Source of the DNA: Escherichia phage KK4
Strand: one strand, 5' to 3'
DNA length: 64,000 nucleotides
Sequence record: OR327750.1
How positions within the stretch are numbered: position 1 is the stretch's first letter; each line of letters starts with the position of its first letter. Both the position numbers and the translations under genes were made by a program. Under the pieces are notes generated by a model. The model made no database searches, was not told the origin of the DNA, and worked only from the letters and a program-made list of their open reading frames with translations. Positions 1 to 11,276 of this stretch are shown piece by piece.

Positions 1-131
1 CACCCGCATGCACCAATTATACTTAATAACATCATACTTTCCATTCATATGTTGTTTTATCATTAAGTATAATTTATAAACTGATTTACCATCAATGTAT
101 CTTTCACCACCAGCAGGCATGCGGAGTTTAA

Positions 132-470
132 TCATAGCAGAAAATCTAATGTATTAGTTTTTTCACAACGAACAACAGAAGGACGTAAAAGATTTTCGTC
201 AATAGCTTCTGACTGAATTTTTTCAATTATACCCGAAGGAATAAATTTAGCAAATTGAGTTTCAGGAATAGAGTTTTCTTCCAAGAATGCTGTCGTAGCT
301 TCAAGATAACTCATTCCAAACTCTTCTACCATTTTTTCAATAATAAATCCATTTTCTTGACGATCAAGAAGCTTTGCTATTTCATCCTTTTCTTTCTTGA
401 TTGAAAGTTCTTTTTCTGAAAGACCGGTCTCATCGACCGGACGAATGTCATTTAGAGAAAACTGTGTCAT
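132..470 (-). CDS. 33: late transcription co-activator gp33
   Basis: 112-aa product MTQFSLNDIRPVDETGL... matches T4 gp33 from memory; ATG at 468-470 (track ORF begins at upstream TTG). Confidence 0.85.
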   Translation of the reverse strand: MTQFSLNDIRPVDETGLSEKELSIKKEKDEIAKLLDRQENGFIIEKMVEEFGMSYLEATTAFLEENSIPETQFAKFIPSGIIEKIQSEAIDENLLRPSVVRCEKTNTLDFLL

Positions 471-717
471 AAAGTTCAACTACCTCTTCAGTTTCAGCTT
501 CAAACACATCACGGTTATCTTTATGATACAAAGCTAATAGACGATTAAACATCTTACCATCAACGCCAAGTTCATCTTTAGCACGAATTCGAATATCTTT
601 AATCAGTTCATTATAACCGGAAATTTTCAGTTTATGATCAGATGCTTCTTTAATAAATTTAGCCAAGTCTTCGCCATGGATAGCTTCATCAAATTCAACC
701 ATTTCTTTTTTAGCCAT
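448..717 (-). CDS. dsbA: dsDNA-binding protein DsbA (late transcription enhancer)
   Basis: 89 aa, MAKKEMVEFDEAIHGEDLAKF...; position between 33 and rnh as in T4; stop overlaps gene 33 start. Confidence 0.85.
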   Translation of the reverse strand: MAKKEMVEFDEAIHGEDLAKFIKEASDHKLKISGYNELIKDIRIRAKDELGVDGKMFNRLLALYHKDNRDVFEAETEEVVELYDTVFSK

Positions 718-725
718 TATTCACC

Positions 726-1643
726 TCAAAATTCATTAATGCTATTAGTTAATTTAGAAAGACCCGCTTTTACAAAATATGAATAAATTTTGCCACGCGG
801 TGGTAATTTATATGAATTATAGTAATTCACAATGTTTGAAGCAATATTATCAGGAATATAATCAAAATCAATTAGAACTAAATTTTCTTTATAACGATTA
901 TATTCAGATTCTGTGAGAAGCACCTTAGCTTGCTCACGATCATTAGCAATAGCTTCAACGATTGAAGTTTTCATTGAAGGAGTCCGTTCACCTTCAACTT
1001 TGGTAAACCAAAAGTCAGATCGTACTTTAACTGAAGCAACGTTATCCTTTTTGTCGCCTTTAAGGATTTTAGTCATACAGTCAATTTCAGCAGAACCGCT
1101 TTTAATTTTAACCCATTTCTTATGCATCGGTGACCATTGCTTAACATTTGGATATTTGTGAAGCTGTGTAAAGTCACCATCCGATGAAATGATTAAAATC
1201 TTGTGTCCTTCTAAAGAGAACTTTTTAACAAGAACAGCAATGTGGTCATCTGCTTCATACTTATCAATATCCATAACAATATATGGCATATAAGCTTTCA
1301 ATTCATCTATAACTTTATGGCTGGATTCAAAATAACCTTCCCAGTCCCAAGTAGATTCTTCTCGTGCTTTTCCACGGTTTTTCTTATAATAATAAGCGAA
1401 ATCACGACGCCAGTATCCAGATTTCGCGTTATCAATACACAGTACAATTTTAGTGTATCCAAGCGTTTTTGCTTTTTTGACATTAAACTTAATTGAGTTC
1501 AATATCAAATGACGAACCATTGATAAATTAATTTTTTCTTTATCTGGGAAGTTTACCAGAGCAGTTGAAAGAGCAATTTGACTAAAGTCGATAAAGCAAA
1601 TTCCTTCTTTGTAATCTTCATCCAGCATCATTTCTAAATCCAT
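726..1643 (-). CDS. rnh: RNase H / 5'-3' flap exonuclease
   Basis: 305-aa product MDLEMMLDEDYKEGI... recognised as T4 RNase H; true ATG at 1641-1643. Confidence 0.92.
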   Translation of the reverse strand: MDLEMMLDEDYKEGICFIDFSQIALSTALVNFPDKEKINLSMVRHLILNSIKFNVKKAKTLGYTKIVLCIDNAKSGYWRRDFAYYYKKNRGKAREESTWDWEGYFESSHKVIDELKAYMPYIVMDIDKYEADDHIAVLVKKFSLEGHKILIISSDGDFTQLHKYPNVKQWSPMHKKWVKIKSGSAEIDCMTKILKGDKKDNVASVKVRSDFWFTKVEGERTPSMKTSIVEAIANDREQAKVLLTESEYNRYKENLVLIDFDYIPDNIASNIVNYYNSYKLPPRGKIYSYFVKAGLSKLTNSINEF

Positions 1644-1672
1644 ATGAACCTCGTTCAATTAGTGAGATTTCT

Positions 1673-1702
1673 ATTATATACTATCTAAATCTTAAAGTAA
1701 AC
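1673..1702 (-). promoter_or_regulatory. sigma70-type early promoter for rnh (GTTTAC -35, 18-nt spacer, TATAAT -10)
   Basis: revcomp of 1697-1702 is GTTTAC, revcomp of 1673-1678 is TATAAT, about 30 nt upstream of rnh ATG. Confidence 0.5.
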
Positions 1703-1705
1703 AGG

Positions 1706-1713
1706 TATAAATA
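1706..1713 (+). promoter_or_regulatory. T4-type late promoter TATAAATA upstream of gene 34
   Basis: exact TATAAATA 35 nt upstream of gene 34 ATG. Confidence 0.6.
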
Positions 1714-1747
1714 CTTATTATTGAAAACACAATAGGAGCCCGGGAGA

Positions 1748-4700
1748 ATGGCCGAGATTAAAAGAAAGTTCAGAGCAGAAGATGGTCTGGACGCAGGTGG
1801 CGATAAAATAATCAACGTAGCTTTAGCTGATCGTACCGTAGGAACTGACGGTGTTAACGTTGATTACTTAATTCAAGAAAACACAGTTCAGCAATATGAT
1901 CCAACTCGTGGATATTTAAAAGATTTTGTAATCATTTATAATAATCGTTTTTGGGCAGCAACGGATAATATTCCAAAACCTGCTGGAAATTTTAATAGAA
2001 TTCGTTGGAAAGCATTACGTACTGATGCTGTATATACAACCGTATCATCTGGACCATATCAATTAAAATCCGGAGAAGCAATTTCAGTAGATACATCAGT
2101 TGGCAATGACATTGAATTTACTTTACCACCTTCTCCGCTTGATGGAGAAACCGTAATAATTCAAGATATCGGTGGAAAACCTGGCATAAATCAGGTTAAA
2201 ATAAATTCTTCAAATCAGAGTATTGTCAATTTTAGAGGTGAACAGGTACGTTCAGTTTTAATGACTCATCCAAAGTCACAGATGGTATTCATTTTTAATA
2301 ACCGTTTGTGGCAAATGTATATTGCTGATTATAGCAGAGAAGCTGCAATTGTTACTCCATCGACTGCATATCAAGCACAATCTAATGATTTTATCGTACG
2401 TAGATTTACTTCTGCCGCACCGATTAATGTTAAACTTCCAAGATTTGCCAATCATGGAGATATCATTAATTTCGTTGATTTAGATAAATTAAATCCACTT
2501 TATCATACAATTGTTACGACATATGATGAAACGACGTCAGTGCAAGAAGTTGGAACTCATTCCATTGAAGGCCGTACATCGATTGACGGTTTCTTGATGT
2601 TTGACGATAATGAGAAATTGTGGAGATTGTTTGACGGGGATAGTAAAGCACGTTTACGCATTATAACAACTAATTCTAATATTCGTCCAAATGAAGAAGT
2701 CATGGTATTTGGCGCGAATAATGGAACAACCCAAACAATTGAACTTCAGCTTCCGACTGATATTTCTGTTGGTGATACTGTCAAAATTTCCATGAATTAC
2801 ATGAGAAAAGGACAAACAGTTAAAATCAAAGCTGCAGGTGAAGATAAAATTGCTTCTTCAGTTCAATTGCTGCAATTCCCAAAACGCTCAGAATATCCGC
2901 CTGAAGCTGAATGGGTAACAGTTCAAGAATTAGTTTTTAACGGTGAAACTAATTATGTTCCAGTTTTACAACTTGCTTATATAGAAGATTCTGATGGAAA
3001 ATACTGGGTTGTACAGCAAAACGTTCCAACTGTAGAAAGAGTAGACTCTTTAAATGCTTCTACTAGAGCAAGATTAGGCGTAATTGCTTTAGCTACACAA
3101 GCTCAAGCAAATGCTGATTTAGAAAATTCTCCACAAAAAGAATTGGCAATTACTCCAGAAACGTTAGCTAATCGTACTGCTACAGAAACTCGCAGAGGTA
3201 TTGCAAGAATAGCAACTACTGCTCAAGTGAATCAGAACACCACATTCTCTTTTGCAGATGACCTTATCATCACTCCTAAAAAGCTGAATGAAAGAACTGC
3301 TACAGAAACTCGTAGAGGTGTCGCTGAAATTGCTACGCAGCAGGAAACTAATACAGGTACTGATGATACTACAATCATTACTCCTAAAAAGCTTCAAGCT
3401 CGCCAAGGTTCTGAATCATTATCTGGTATTGTAACTTTTGTATCTACTGCAGGAGCTACTCCAGCTTCTAGCCGTGAATTAAATGGTACGAATGTTTATA
3501 ATAAAAACACTAATAATTTAGTTGTTTCACCTAAAGCTTTGGATCAGTATAAAGCTACTCCAACGCAACAAGGCGCAGTAATTTTAGCAGTTGAAAGTGA
3601 AGTAATTGCTGGACAAAGCCAAGAAGGATGGGCAAATGCGGTTGTAACGCCAGAAACGTTACATAAAAAGACATCAACTGATGCAAGAATTGGTTTAATT
3701 GAAATTGCTACACAAAGTGAAGTTAATACAGGAACTGATTATACTCGTGCAGTCACTCCTAAAACTTTAAATGACCGTAGAGCAACTGAAAGTTTAAGTG
3801 GTATAGCTGAAATTGCTACACAGGTTGAATTCGACGCAGGCGTCGACGATACTCGTATCTCTACACCATTAAAAATTAAAACCAGATTTAATAGTACTGA
3901 TCGTACTTCTGTTGTTGCTCTATCTGGATTAGTTGAATCAGGAACTCTCTGGGACCATTATACCCTTAATATTCTTGAAGCAAACGAGACACAACGTGGT
4001 ACACTTCGTGTAGCTACACAGGTCGAAGCTGCCGCAGGAACATTAGATAATGTTTTAATAACTCCTAAAAAGCTTTTAGGTACTAAATCTACTGAAGCAC
4101 AGGAAGGTGTTATTAAAGTTGCAACTCAGTCTGAAACTGTGACTGGAACATCAGCAAATACTGCTGTATCTCCAAAAAATTTAAAGTGGATTGTGCAGAG
4201 TGAACCAACTTGGGCAGCAACTACTCTGATAAGAGGGTTTGTTAAAACTTCATCTGGTTCAATTACATTCGTTGGTAATGATACGGTAGGTTCAACACAA
4301 CCATTAGAATCATATGAGAAAAATGGTTATGCAGTATCACCATATGAATTAAATCGCGTATTAGCAAATTATTTGCCATTAAAAGCAAAAGCTGTAGATA
4401 GTAATTTATTAGATGGTCTAGATTCGCTCCAGTTCATTCGTAGGGACATTGCACAAACAGTTAATGGTTCACTAACCTTAACCCAACAAACGAATCTGAG
4501 TGCCCCTCTTGTATCATCTAGTACTGCTACATTCGGTGGATCAGTTTCAGCAAATAGTACATTAACTATTTCTAATACTGGAACGGCAACTCGTCTGATT
4601 TTTGAGAAAGGACCTCAAACTGGAACAAACCCGGCTCAAACGATGACTGTCAGAGTGTGGGGAAATCAATTTAGTGGGGAATCAGACACAACACGTTCTA

Positions 4701-5617
4701 CCGTATTTGAAGTTAGTGATGAAACGTCTAGTCATTTTTATTCTCAGCGTAATAAAGCTGGAAATATAACATTTAATATCAACGGTACAGTAACACCGAT
4801 AAATGTTAATGCTTCAGGAACATTGAATGCAAATGGTGTAGCAACATTTGGTAATTCAGTCACTGCAACTGGTGAAATTATTTCTCGAAGCGCAAATGCT
4901 TTCCGTGCTATTAACGGAAATTATGGTTTCATTGTTCGCAATGATGGATCAGTAACGAATTTTATGCTTACTGCATCGGGTGATCAAACCGGCGGATTTA
5001 ATGGATTGCGTCCTTTAGCTATTAATAATGCATCTGGCCAAGTAACGATTGGTGAAAGCTTAATCATTGCAAAAGGTGCTACTATAAGTTCAGGCGGTTT
5101 AACTGTTAACTCGAGAATTCGTTCTCAAGGTGTTAAAACATCTGATTTATATACTCGTGCGCCAACATCTGATACAGTAGGATTCTGGTCAATTGATATT
5201 AACGATTCAGCCACTTATAATCAATTCCCTGGTTATTTTAAAATGGTTGAAAAAACTAATGAAGTGACTGGACTTCCATATTTAGAACGCGGTGAAGAAG
5301 TTAAATCTCCTGGTACATTGACTCAGTTTGGTAACACACTTGATTCGCTTTATCAAGATTGGATTACTTATCCAACGACCCCAGAAGCACGTACCACTCG
5401 CTGGACGCGTACATGGCAGAAAACTAAAAATTCTTGGTCAAGTTTTGTTCAGGTATTCGATGGAGGTAACCCTCCTCAACCTTCTGATATAGGAGCAATC
5501 CCATCTGATAATGGAATAATAGGTAATCTTACTATTCGTGATTTCTTACGAATTGGTAATGTTCGCATTATTCCTGACCCAGTGAATAAAACTGTTAAAT
5601 TTGAATGGGTTGAATAA
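1748..5617 (+). CDS. 34: long tail fiber proximal subunit gp34
   Basis: 1289 aa, same length as T4 gp34; repeated TPETLANRTATETRRG-type fiber motifs; first gene of late LTF operon. Confidence 0.92.
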   Translation: MAEIKRKFRAEDGLDAGGDKIINVALADRTVGTDGVNVDYLIQENTVQQYDPTRGYLKDFVIIYNNRFWAATDNIPKPAGNFNRIRWKALRTDAVYTTVSSGPYQLKSGEAISVDTSVGNDIEFTLPPSPLDGETVIIQDIGGKPGINQVKINSSNQSIVNFRGEQVRSVLMTHPKSQMVFIFNNRLWQMYIADYSREAAIVTPSTAYQAQSNDFIVRRFTSAAPINVKLPRFANHGDIINFVDLDKLNPLYHTIVTTYDETTSVQEVGTHSIEGRTSIDGFLMFDDNEKLWRLFDGDSKARLRIITTNSNIRPNEEVMVFGANNGTTQTIELQLPTDISVGDTVKISMNYMRKGQTVKIKAAGEDKIASSVQLLQFPKRSEYPPEAEWVTVQELVFNGETNYVPVLQLAYIEDSDGKYWVVQQNVPTVERVDSLNASTRARLGVIALATQAQANADLENSPQKELAITPETLANRTATETRRGIARIATTAQVNQNTTFSFADDLIITPKKLNERTATETRRGVAEIATQQETNTGTDDTTIITPKKLQARQGSESLSGIVTFVSTAGATPASSRELNGTNVYNKNTNNLVVSPKALDQYKATPTQQGAVILAVESEVIAGQSQEGWANAVVTPETLHKKTSTDARIGLIEIATQSEVNTGTDYTRAVTPKTLNDRRATESLSGIAEIATQVEFDAGVDDTRISTPLKIKTRFNSTDRTSVVALSGLVESGTLWDHYTLNILEANETQRGTLRVATQVEAAAGTLDNVLITPKKLLGTKSTEAQEGVIKVATQSETVTGTSANTAVSPKNLKWIVQSEPTWAATTLIRGFVKTSSGSITFVGNDTVGSTQPLESYEKNGYAVSPYELNRVLANYLPLKAKAVDSNLLDGLDSLQFIRRDIAQTVNGSLTLTQQTNLSAPLVSSSTATFGGSVSANSTLTISNTGTATRLIFEKGPQTGTNPAQTMTVRVWGNQFSGESDTTRSTVFEVSDETSSHFYSQRNKAGNITFNINGTVTPINVNASGTLNANGVATFGNSVTATGEIISRSANAFRAINGNYGFIVRNDGSVTNFMLTASGDQTGGFNGLRPLAINNASGQVTIGESLIIAKGATISSGGLTVNSRIRSQGVKTSDLYTRAPTSDTVGFWSIDINDSATYNQFPGYFKMVEKTNEVTGLPYLERGEEVKSPGTLTQFGNTLDSLYQDWITYPTTPEARTTRWTRTWQKTKNSWSSFVQVFDGGNPPQPSDIGAIPSDNGIIGNLTIRDFLRIGNVRIIPDPVNKTVKFEWVE

Positions 5618-5625
5618 GAGGTATT

Positions 5626-6741
5626 ATGGAAAAATTTATGGCAGAGTTTGGACAAGGATATGTCCAAACGCCATTTTTATCGGAAAGCAATTCAGTAAGA
5701 TATAAAATAAGCATAGCGGGTTCTTGCCCGCTTTCTACTGCGGGGCCATATGTTAAATTTCAGGATAATCCCGTTGGAAATCAAACATTTAGTGCAGGTC
5801 TTCATTTAAGAGTTTTTGACCCTTCTACGGGAGCATTAGTTGATAGTAAGTCATATGCTTTTTCTGCTTCAAACAATACAACATCTGCCGCTTTTGTCAG
5901 TTTCATGAATTCTTTGTCAAACAATAAACTTGTTGCTATATTAACTAGCGGAAAGGTTAATTTTCCTCCTGAAGTGGTATCTTGGTTAAGGGGAGCAGGA
6001 ACTTCAGTTTTTCCATCAGATTCAGTATTGTCAAGATTTGACGTGTCATATGCTGCTTTTTACACTTCTTCTAAAAGAGCTATCGCATTAGAGCATGTTA
6101 AACTAAGTAATAGAAAAAGCACAGATGACTATCAAACTATGTTAGATGTTGTATTTGATAGTTTAGAAGACGTTGGAGCGACAGGATTTCCAAAAAGAAC
6201 TTATGAAAGCGTTGAACAATTTATGTCTGCGGTTGGAGGAACTAATAATGAAATTGCGCGATTGCCAACTTCAGCTGCTATAAGTAAACTTTCTGACTAC
6301 AATTTAATTCCTGGTGATGTTCTTTATCTTAAAGCACAGTTATATGCTGATGCTGATTTACTTGATCTTGGAACTTCAAATATATCTATTCGTTTTTATG
6401 ATGCATCAAATGGATATATTTCCTCGACCCAAGCTGAGTTTACTGGGCAAGCTGGGTCTTGGGAATTAAAAGAAGATTATGTAGTTGTTCCTGAAAATGC
6501 AGTAGGATTTACGATATATGCACAGAGAACTGCACAAGCTGGTCAAGGCGGAATGAGGAATTTAAGCTTTTCTGAAGTATCAAGAAATGGCGGCATTTCA
6601 AAACCTGCCGAATTTGGCGTCAACGGTATTCGCGTTAATTATGTCTGTGAATCGGCTTCACCTCCAGATATAATGGTACTTCCTACACAGGCATCGTCTA
6701 AAACTGGTAAAGTGTTTGGACAGGAATTTAGAGAAGTTTAA
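5626..6741 (+). CDS. 35: long tail fiber hinge connector gp35
   Basis: 371 aa, MEKFMAEFGQGYVQTPF...; synteny 34-35-36-37. Confidence 0.9.
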   Translation: MEKFMAEFGQGYVQTPFLSESNSVRYKISIAGSCPLSTAGPYVKFQDNPVGNQTFSAGLHLRVFDPSTGALVDSKSYAFSASNNTTSAAFVSFMNSLSNNKLVAILTSGKVNFPPEVVSWLRGAGTSVFPSDSVLSRFDVSYAAFYTSSKRAIALEHVKLSNRKSTDDYQTMLDVVFDSLEDVGATGFPKRTYESVEQFMSAVGGTNNEIARLPTSAAISKLSDYNLIPGDVLYLKAQLYADADLLDLGTSNISIRFYDASNGYISSTQAEFTGQAGSWELKEDYVVVPENAVGFTIYAQRTAQAGQGGMRNLSFSEVSRNGGISKPAEFGVNGIRVNYVCESASPPDIMVLPTQASSKTGKVFGQEFREV

Positions 6742-6745
6742 ACTG

Positions 6746-6770
6746 AGGGAGCCTTCGGGTTCCTTTTTTC
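6746..6770 (+). terminator. intrinsic terminator after gene 35 (UUCG-loop hairpin plus U6)
   Basis: GGAGCC-TTCG-GGTTCC followed by TTTTTTC. Confidence 0.6.
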
Positions 6771-6772
6771 TT

Positions 6773-6780
6773 TATAAATA
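6773..6780 (+). promoter_or_regulatory. T4-type late promoter TATAAATA for genes 36-37
   Basis: exact TATAAATA 24 nt upstream of gene 36 ATG. Confidence 0.6.
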
Positions 6781-6803
6781 ATATTAAAATAAAGGGGCAT
6801 ACA

Positions 6804-7454
6804 ATGGCTGATTTAAAAGTAGGTTCAACTGTAGGTGGATCTGTCATTTGGCATCAAGGAAATTTTCCGTTGAATTCAGCCGGTGACGATGTACTCTACA
6901 AATCATTTAAAATATATTCAGAATATAATAAACCACAGGCAGCTGATAATGATTTCGTTTCTAAATCTACTGGTGGTACTTACACAGGCCCAGTTACTAT
7001 TAATTATGGTGTAAATAGTTATCTTCAATTAAGTAATAATGAAACCCCCATCCGAATTCGTTCTGGTGGCGGCACTGGTAATACTCTTGTAGTTGGTGGC
7101 TCTTCTGGCGGTATTAGTTTTAGACCAGCAGGTAGTGAAATCACTACTGGACAAATTACTATTACGCCAGAAGGTTTGACAACATTTACCAAAGCTGTAA
7201 CGGCTCCATCTGTAACTGTTACATCTACTCCTTCCGCAGCATCAGATGCTACTCGTAAAGATTATGTTGATGGAGCAATAAATACTGTTACTGCAAATGC
7301 AAACTCTAGGGTATTACGCTCTGGAGACACTATGACAGGAAATTTAACTGCGCCAAACCTTTTTTCGCAGAATCCTGCATCTCAACCTTCACACGTTCCA
7401 CGATTTGACCAAATCGTAATTAAGGATTCTGTTCAAGATTTCGGCTATTATTAA
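6804..7454 (+). CDS. 36: long tail fiber distal connector gp36
   Basis: 216 aa; [23 protein letters not shown]...; synteny. Confidence 0.88.
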   Translation: MADLKVGSTVGGSVIWHQGNFPLNSAGDDVLYKSFKIYSEYNKPQAADNDFVSKSTGGTYTGPVTINYGVNSYLQLSNNETPIRIRSGGGTGNTLVVGGSSGGISFRPAGSEITTGQITITPEGLTTFTKAVTAPSVTVTSTPSAASDATRKDYVDGAINTVTANANSRVLRSGDTMTGNLTAPNLFSQNPASQPSHVPRFDQIVIKDSVQDFGYY

Positions 7455-7462
7455 GAGGACTT

Positions 7463-10429
7463 ATGGCTACTTTAAAACAAATACAATTTAAAAGAAGCAA
7501 AACTGCAGGTCAACTTCCTGCTGCTTCAGTATTAGCCGAAGGTGAATTGGCTATTAATTTAAAAGATAAAACAATTTTCACAAAAGATGACTCAGGCAAT
7601 GTTATAGAATTAGGTTTAAAATATGGAGGAACAATTGATGGTTCTTTAACTGTTAATGGAAATATAATTGGAAATTTAACAGGTAACGCTGCAACTGCAA
7701 CGAAATTAAAAACAGCACGAAAAATTAATGGTATATCCTTTGATGGGTCAAAGGATATCACGCTAACTCCATCTGACATAAATGTCAATAGCACAACATT
7801 TATAAAAAATAATGGCGAATTACCTGTTGATGCTAATTTAGATGAGTATGGGCCTGTTGAAGAATATCTTGGAGTTTGGTCGAAAGCAACTTCAACCAAC
7901 GCTCAACCAGCAAATAAATTTCCAGAACAAAATGCTGTAGGTGTGCTAGAAGTATTTGTGGCCGGTCAATTTGCTGGTACTCAGAGATATACAACTAGAT
8001 ACGGAAATGTTTATATTCGTTCCTTGACTGCTACATGGAACGGAGTAAACGGTCCGTGGAGTGCGTGGCGAAATATTCAATCTGGTACTCGTTCACTGTC
8101 AACAACAATTGATCTTAATGATCTAGGAGGCGCTGAACACCTTGGTTTGTGGCGAAATAGTTCAAATTCCATTGCTACCTTTGACAGAAATTTCCCAGAA
8201 GAGGGGTCGTCAGCTCAAGGTCTTTTGGAAGTATATGAAGGTGGAAACTATTCTCGCACACAGAGATATACAACCAGATTTGGTGTTGTTTATACTCGTT
8301 GTCTTACTGCTGCGTGGGATGCTTCTGCGCCTAAATGGGGACCGTGGCAACAAGTCGGTAATGTCACACCAGCGACTTTCTATGACGGAGATCTGAATGA
8401 TTTTAAAACTCCTGGGTTATATAATATTTTAGGCACTGATGCCGTTATTAACTGTCCTACAGGTGAAGGTTTGCCGACTGTTATTGTTGGTTTGCTGGAA
8501 GTTAAACAGCGTGCTTCTGGCGGTGCTATTTTCCAAAAATTTACTACTGCCGGAACAGGTGCAACTACACGCGATCGTATTTTTGAGCGTGCATATACTG
8601 GTGGTGTGTGGGGTACATGGAACGAAGTATATACATCTTACTCTCTTCCAATTACTTTGGGTATGGGTGGTATTAAATCTAACTTAGCAGAGTTAGACTG
8701 GCAAGCATTTGATTTTGTTCCTGGTAGTATGTTTAGCGTTCCTTTGAACAAAATAAAGAACATGCCATCAAATATGGATTGGGGTACGATTGACGGAAAC
8801 CTGGTTATGTTTTCTGTTGGTCCTAGCGAGCACACCAGCACAGGACGTACTGTTCAGGTTTGGCGTGGAACTGTATCCCAGACAAACTATCGTTATTTTG
8901 TCGTTCGTGTATTCGGTAATCCAGGGAGTAGAACATGTACAGTTCGACGCGTTGTTCTTGAAGACGGATCACATACTTGGACTGCTAAACAAGATTTTAA
9001 TGGCGCAGTTAACTTTAACTCTACTGTTAACCTTAATAACACTACCACATTTAAAACAGAAGTTAAATTCCGCTCGTTGAATGCATTCCGTATGTATGGC
9101 GGAAAATTTGGTACATTTTTACGTAATGATGGAGAGAGTCTTTATATTCTTTCCACCGACGAAGATGATCAAAATGGAAACTTTAATACAAATAGACCTT
9201 TCCGTTATGAATTAAGAACTGGTGATGTTACTTTGGGTGGTGTTAGTGGTGCTAACGTTTTAAAATTAAAACGTGATTCTCTCACCGCATTTTTTGGCGG
9301 TGATATTAACATTAAAGGCACGATGACTTTTGACGCCGGACGTTTAGGATCACGAGATTATTTTAAATTTAACCATTGGGGTGATAGCAATAACGCTCGT
9401 GATAACATCATCCAGTTAGAAGATAGTCAAGGCGCCCATTTTTCCACTGAACGTACTTTAGCGACAGGTGCAATTAAGACTAAATTTTTTGGTGAAATTG
9501 AATCCGATGGTAAATTGGTTATTAAACGTCCGGGTGATTCTATTGTATTATCAACAACTGCTAGTAATTCTTTGCATATTCGCGGTGATATAGACGGGAC
9601 TGGTAACTGGTATATTGGTAAAGGTGGTGCTGATAATGGATTAGCGTTCTATAGTTATGCTACTAATGCTGGTGTATACATTACAAACGCAGGAGATATC
9701 TCGCTAAGTCCAAAGGGTGCCGAAATGGCTCAGGTCAATAACGTTCGATTATATGTTCATGGTGAACGTTGGACCGCTAGTCAACCAGGTGATTGGGGCA
9801 GTCAGTGGCAAGTGGAAGCGCCAATATTCGTCGATCATGGTTATGTTTCACAGGATTGTTATTATCCAATTATTAAAGGAAGAAGTGTAATCACCAATCA
9901 AGGGTTTGTAACTGCCGTCGATCTTGGTATTCGTCGTGTCCCTAACAATTGGGGGCAAGCAATTATTCGTGTTGGATCTGCAGAGGCATCGCCAGCGGCT
10001 GGACACCCTAACGCGGTATTTGAATTTCATTACGACGGTACTTTCTATTCTCCTGGTAATGGTAACTTTAACGATGTGTATATTCGTTCCGATGGTCGTC
10101 TTAAGATTAATAAAAAAGAGCTAGAAAACGGAGCACTTGAAAAAGTATGCCGACTGAAAGTTTATACATACGATAAGGTTAAGTCTATTAAAGATCGTAG
10201 TGTTATTAAACGTGAAGTTGGTATTATTGCTCAGGATCTTGAAAAAGAATTACCGGAAGCTGTGTCTAAAGTTGAAGTTGATGGATCTGATGTTCTGACA
10301 ATTTCTAACTCCGCTGTGAATGCTCTTTTAATTAAGGCTATCCAAGAAATGAGCGAAGAAATTAAAGAATTAAAAACGCCTTTCTTCACTAAAATTGCTC
10401 GCAAAATTAGTAAATATTTTAAATTCTAA
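7463..10429 (+). CDS. 37: long tail fiber distal subunit gp37 with C-terminal intramolecular chaperone (S74-like) domain
   Basis: 988 aa; N-term [22 protein letters not shown]...; C-terminal [16 protein letters not shown] autoproteolysis motif. Confidence 0.88.
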   Translation: MATLKQIQFKRSKTAGQLPAASVLAEGELAINLKDKTIFTKDDSGNVIELGLKYGGTIDGSLTVNGNIIGNLTGNAATATKLKTARKINGISFDGSKDITLTPSDINVNSTTFIKNNGELPVDANLDEYGPVEEYLGVWSKATSTNAQPANKFPEQNAVGVLEVFVAGQFAGTQRYTTRYGNVYIRSLTATWNGVNGPWSAWRNIQSGTRSLSTTIDLNDLGGAEHLGLWRNSSNSIATFDRNFPEEGSSAQGLLEVYEGGNYSRTQRYTTRFGVVYTRCLTAAWDASAPKWGPWQQVGNVTPATFYDGDLNDFKTPGLYNILGTDAVINCPTGEGLPTVIVGLLEVKQRASGGAIFQKFTTAGTGATTRDRIFERAYTGGVWGTWNEVYTSYSLPITLGMGGIKSNLAELDWQAFDFVPGSMFSVPLNKIKNMPSNMDWGTIDGNLVMFSVGPSEHTSTGRTVQVWRGTVSQTNYRYFVVRVFGNPGSRTCTVRRVVLEDGSHTWTAKQDFNGAVNFNSTVNLNNTTTFKTEVKFRSLNAFRMYGGKFGTFLRNDGESLYILSTDEDDQNGNFNTNRPFRYELRTGDVTLGGVSGANVLKLKRDSLTAFFGGDINIKGTMTFDAGRLGSRDYFKFNHWGDSNNARDNIIQLEDSQGAHFSTERTLATGAIKTKFFGEIESDGKLVIKRPGDSIVLSTTASNSLHIRGDIDGTGNWYIGKGGADNGLAFYSYATNAGVYITNAGDISLSPKGAEMAQVNNVRLYVHGERWTASQPGDWGSQWQVEAPIFVDHGYVSQDCYYPIIKGRSVITNQGFVTAVDLGIRRVPNNWGQAIIRVGSAEASPAAGHPNAVFEFHYDGTFYSPGNGNFNDVYIRSDGRLKINKKELENGALEKVCRLKVYTYDKVKSIKDRSVIKREVGIIAQDLEKELPEAVSKVEVDGSDVLTISNSAVNALLIKAIQEMSEEIKELKTPFFTKIARKISKYFKF

Positions 10430-10436
10430 CAACAAG

Positions 10437-10452
10437 GGGCAACGCCCCCTTT
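10437..10452 (+). other. GC hairpin between genes 37 and 38
   Basis: GGGGC-AAC-GCCCC immediately after gp37 stop; no strong U tract. Confidence 0.35.
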
Positions 10453-10463
10453 GGAGATAAATT

Positions 10464-11246
10464 ATGGCAGTAGTTGGTGTTCCTGGTTGGATTGGTAGTT
10501 CATCCGTAAATGAAACAGGACAACGATGGATGAGTCAAGCGGCTGGTCAATTAAGATTGGGTGTTCCTTGCTGGATGAGTCAATTTGCAGGTCGCTCACG
10601 AGAAATTATTCATACACTTGGAGCAGACCATAACTTCAATGGTCAATGGTTCCGAGATAGATGTTTTGAGGCCGGTAGTGCACCTATAGTGTTTAATATT
10701 ACAGGTGATTTAGTATCATATTCTAAAGATGTTCCTTTATTCTTCATGTACGGGGATACACCAAATGAATATGTTCAGTTAAATATACATGGCGTAACGA
10801 TGTATGGACGTGGCGGTAATGGTGGTAGCAATAGTCCTGGCTCAGCTGGAGGTCATTGTATTCAAAACGATATTGGTGGGAGACTAAGAATTAATAATGG
10901 TGGAGCTATTGCTGGCGGCGGTGGCGGCGGTGGCGGCGGATATTATTCTCCTTTTTCACAAATGAGATTAACCTTTGGCGGTGGTGGTGGGCGTCCGTTT
11001 GGTGCACCTGGCGGATCTATTGATATGCAATCAGGCGCAACTGCTGGTACTATTTCTGCACCTGGCTCAGGATCCGTGAATGGTATCTATAATGGTGGAA
11101 ACGGTGGTGAAGTAGGTTCCGCGGGAGGTAGATGCAATATTCGCGGTCAAGGATCTGAATATAATGGCGGCGCTGCTGGTTATGCTGTCATAGGGTCTGC
11201 TCCAACGTGGCAAAATGTTGGAGCAATATATGGTCCAAGAGTATAA
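10464..11246 (+). CDS. 38: receptor-recognising tail fiber adhesin gp38 (T2/T6 type, glycine-rich motifs)
   Basis: 260 aa; [13 protein letters not shown]... N-terminus; runs GGGGGGGGG and GGGGG; not the 183-aa T4 chaperone type. Confidence 0.88.
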   Translation: MAVVGVPGWIGSSSVNETGQRWMSQAAGQLRLGVPCWMSQFAGRSREIIHTLGADHNFNGQWFRDRCFEAGSAPIVFNITGDLVSYSKDVPLFFMYGDTPNEYVQLNIHGVTMYGRGGNGGSNSPGSAGGHCIQNDIGGRLRINNGGAIAGGGGGGGGGYYSPFSQMRLTFGGGGGRPFGAPGGSIDMQSGATAGTISAPGSGSVNGIYNGGNGGEVGSAGGRCNIRGQGSEYNGGAAGYAVIGSAPTWQNVGAIYGPRV

Positions 11247-11276
11247 TGTGAATAAATACCCTTAAAAGGAGGGTCT

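Noticed and set aside
913-1496. + strand ORFs 913-1161 and 1242-1496 inside rnh
   Set aside because: Antisense to a well-supported gene; low-complexity, hydrophobic translations typical of shadow ORFs in AT-rich DNA.
3164-3406. - strand ORF inside gene 34
   Set aside because: Antisense shadow ORF within the tail fiber gene; no SD or promoter.
7510-10124. Multiple short ORFs on both strands inside gene 37 (7510-7899, 8142-8396, 8439-8687, 8638-8841, 8790-9080, 9848-10030, 9924-10124)
   Set aside because: All overlap the continuous 988-aa gp37 frame; no independent translation signals.
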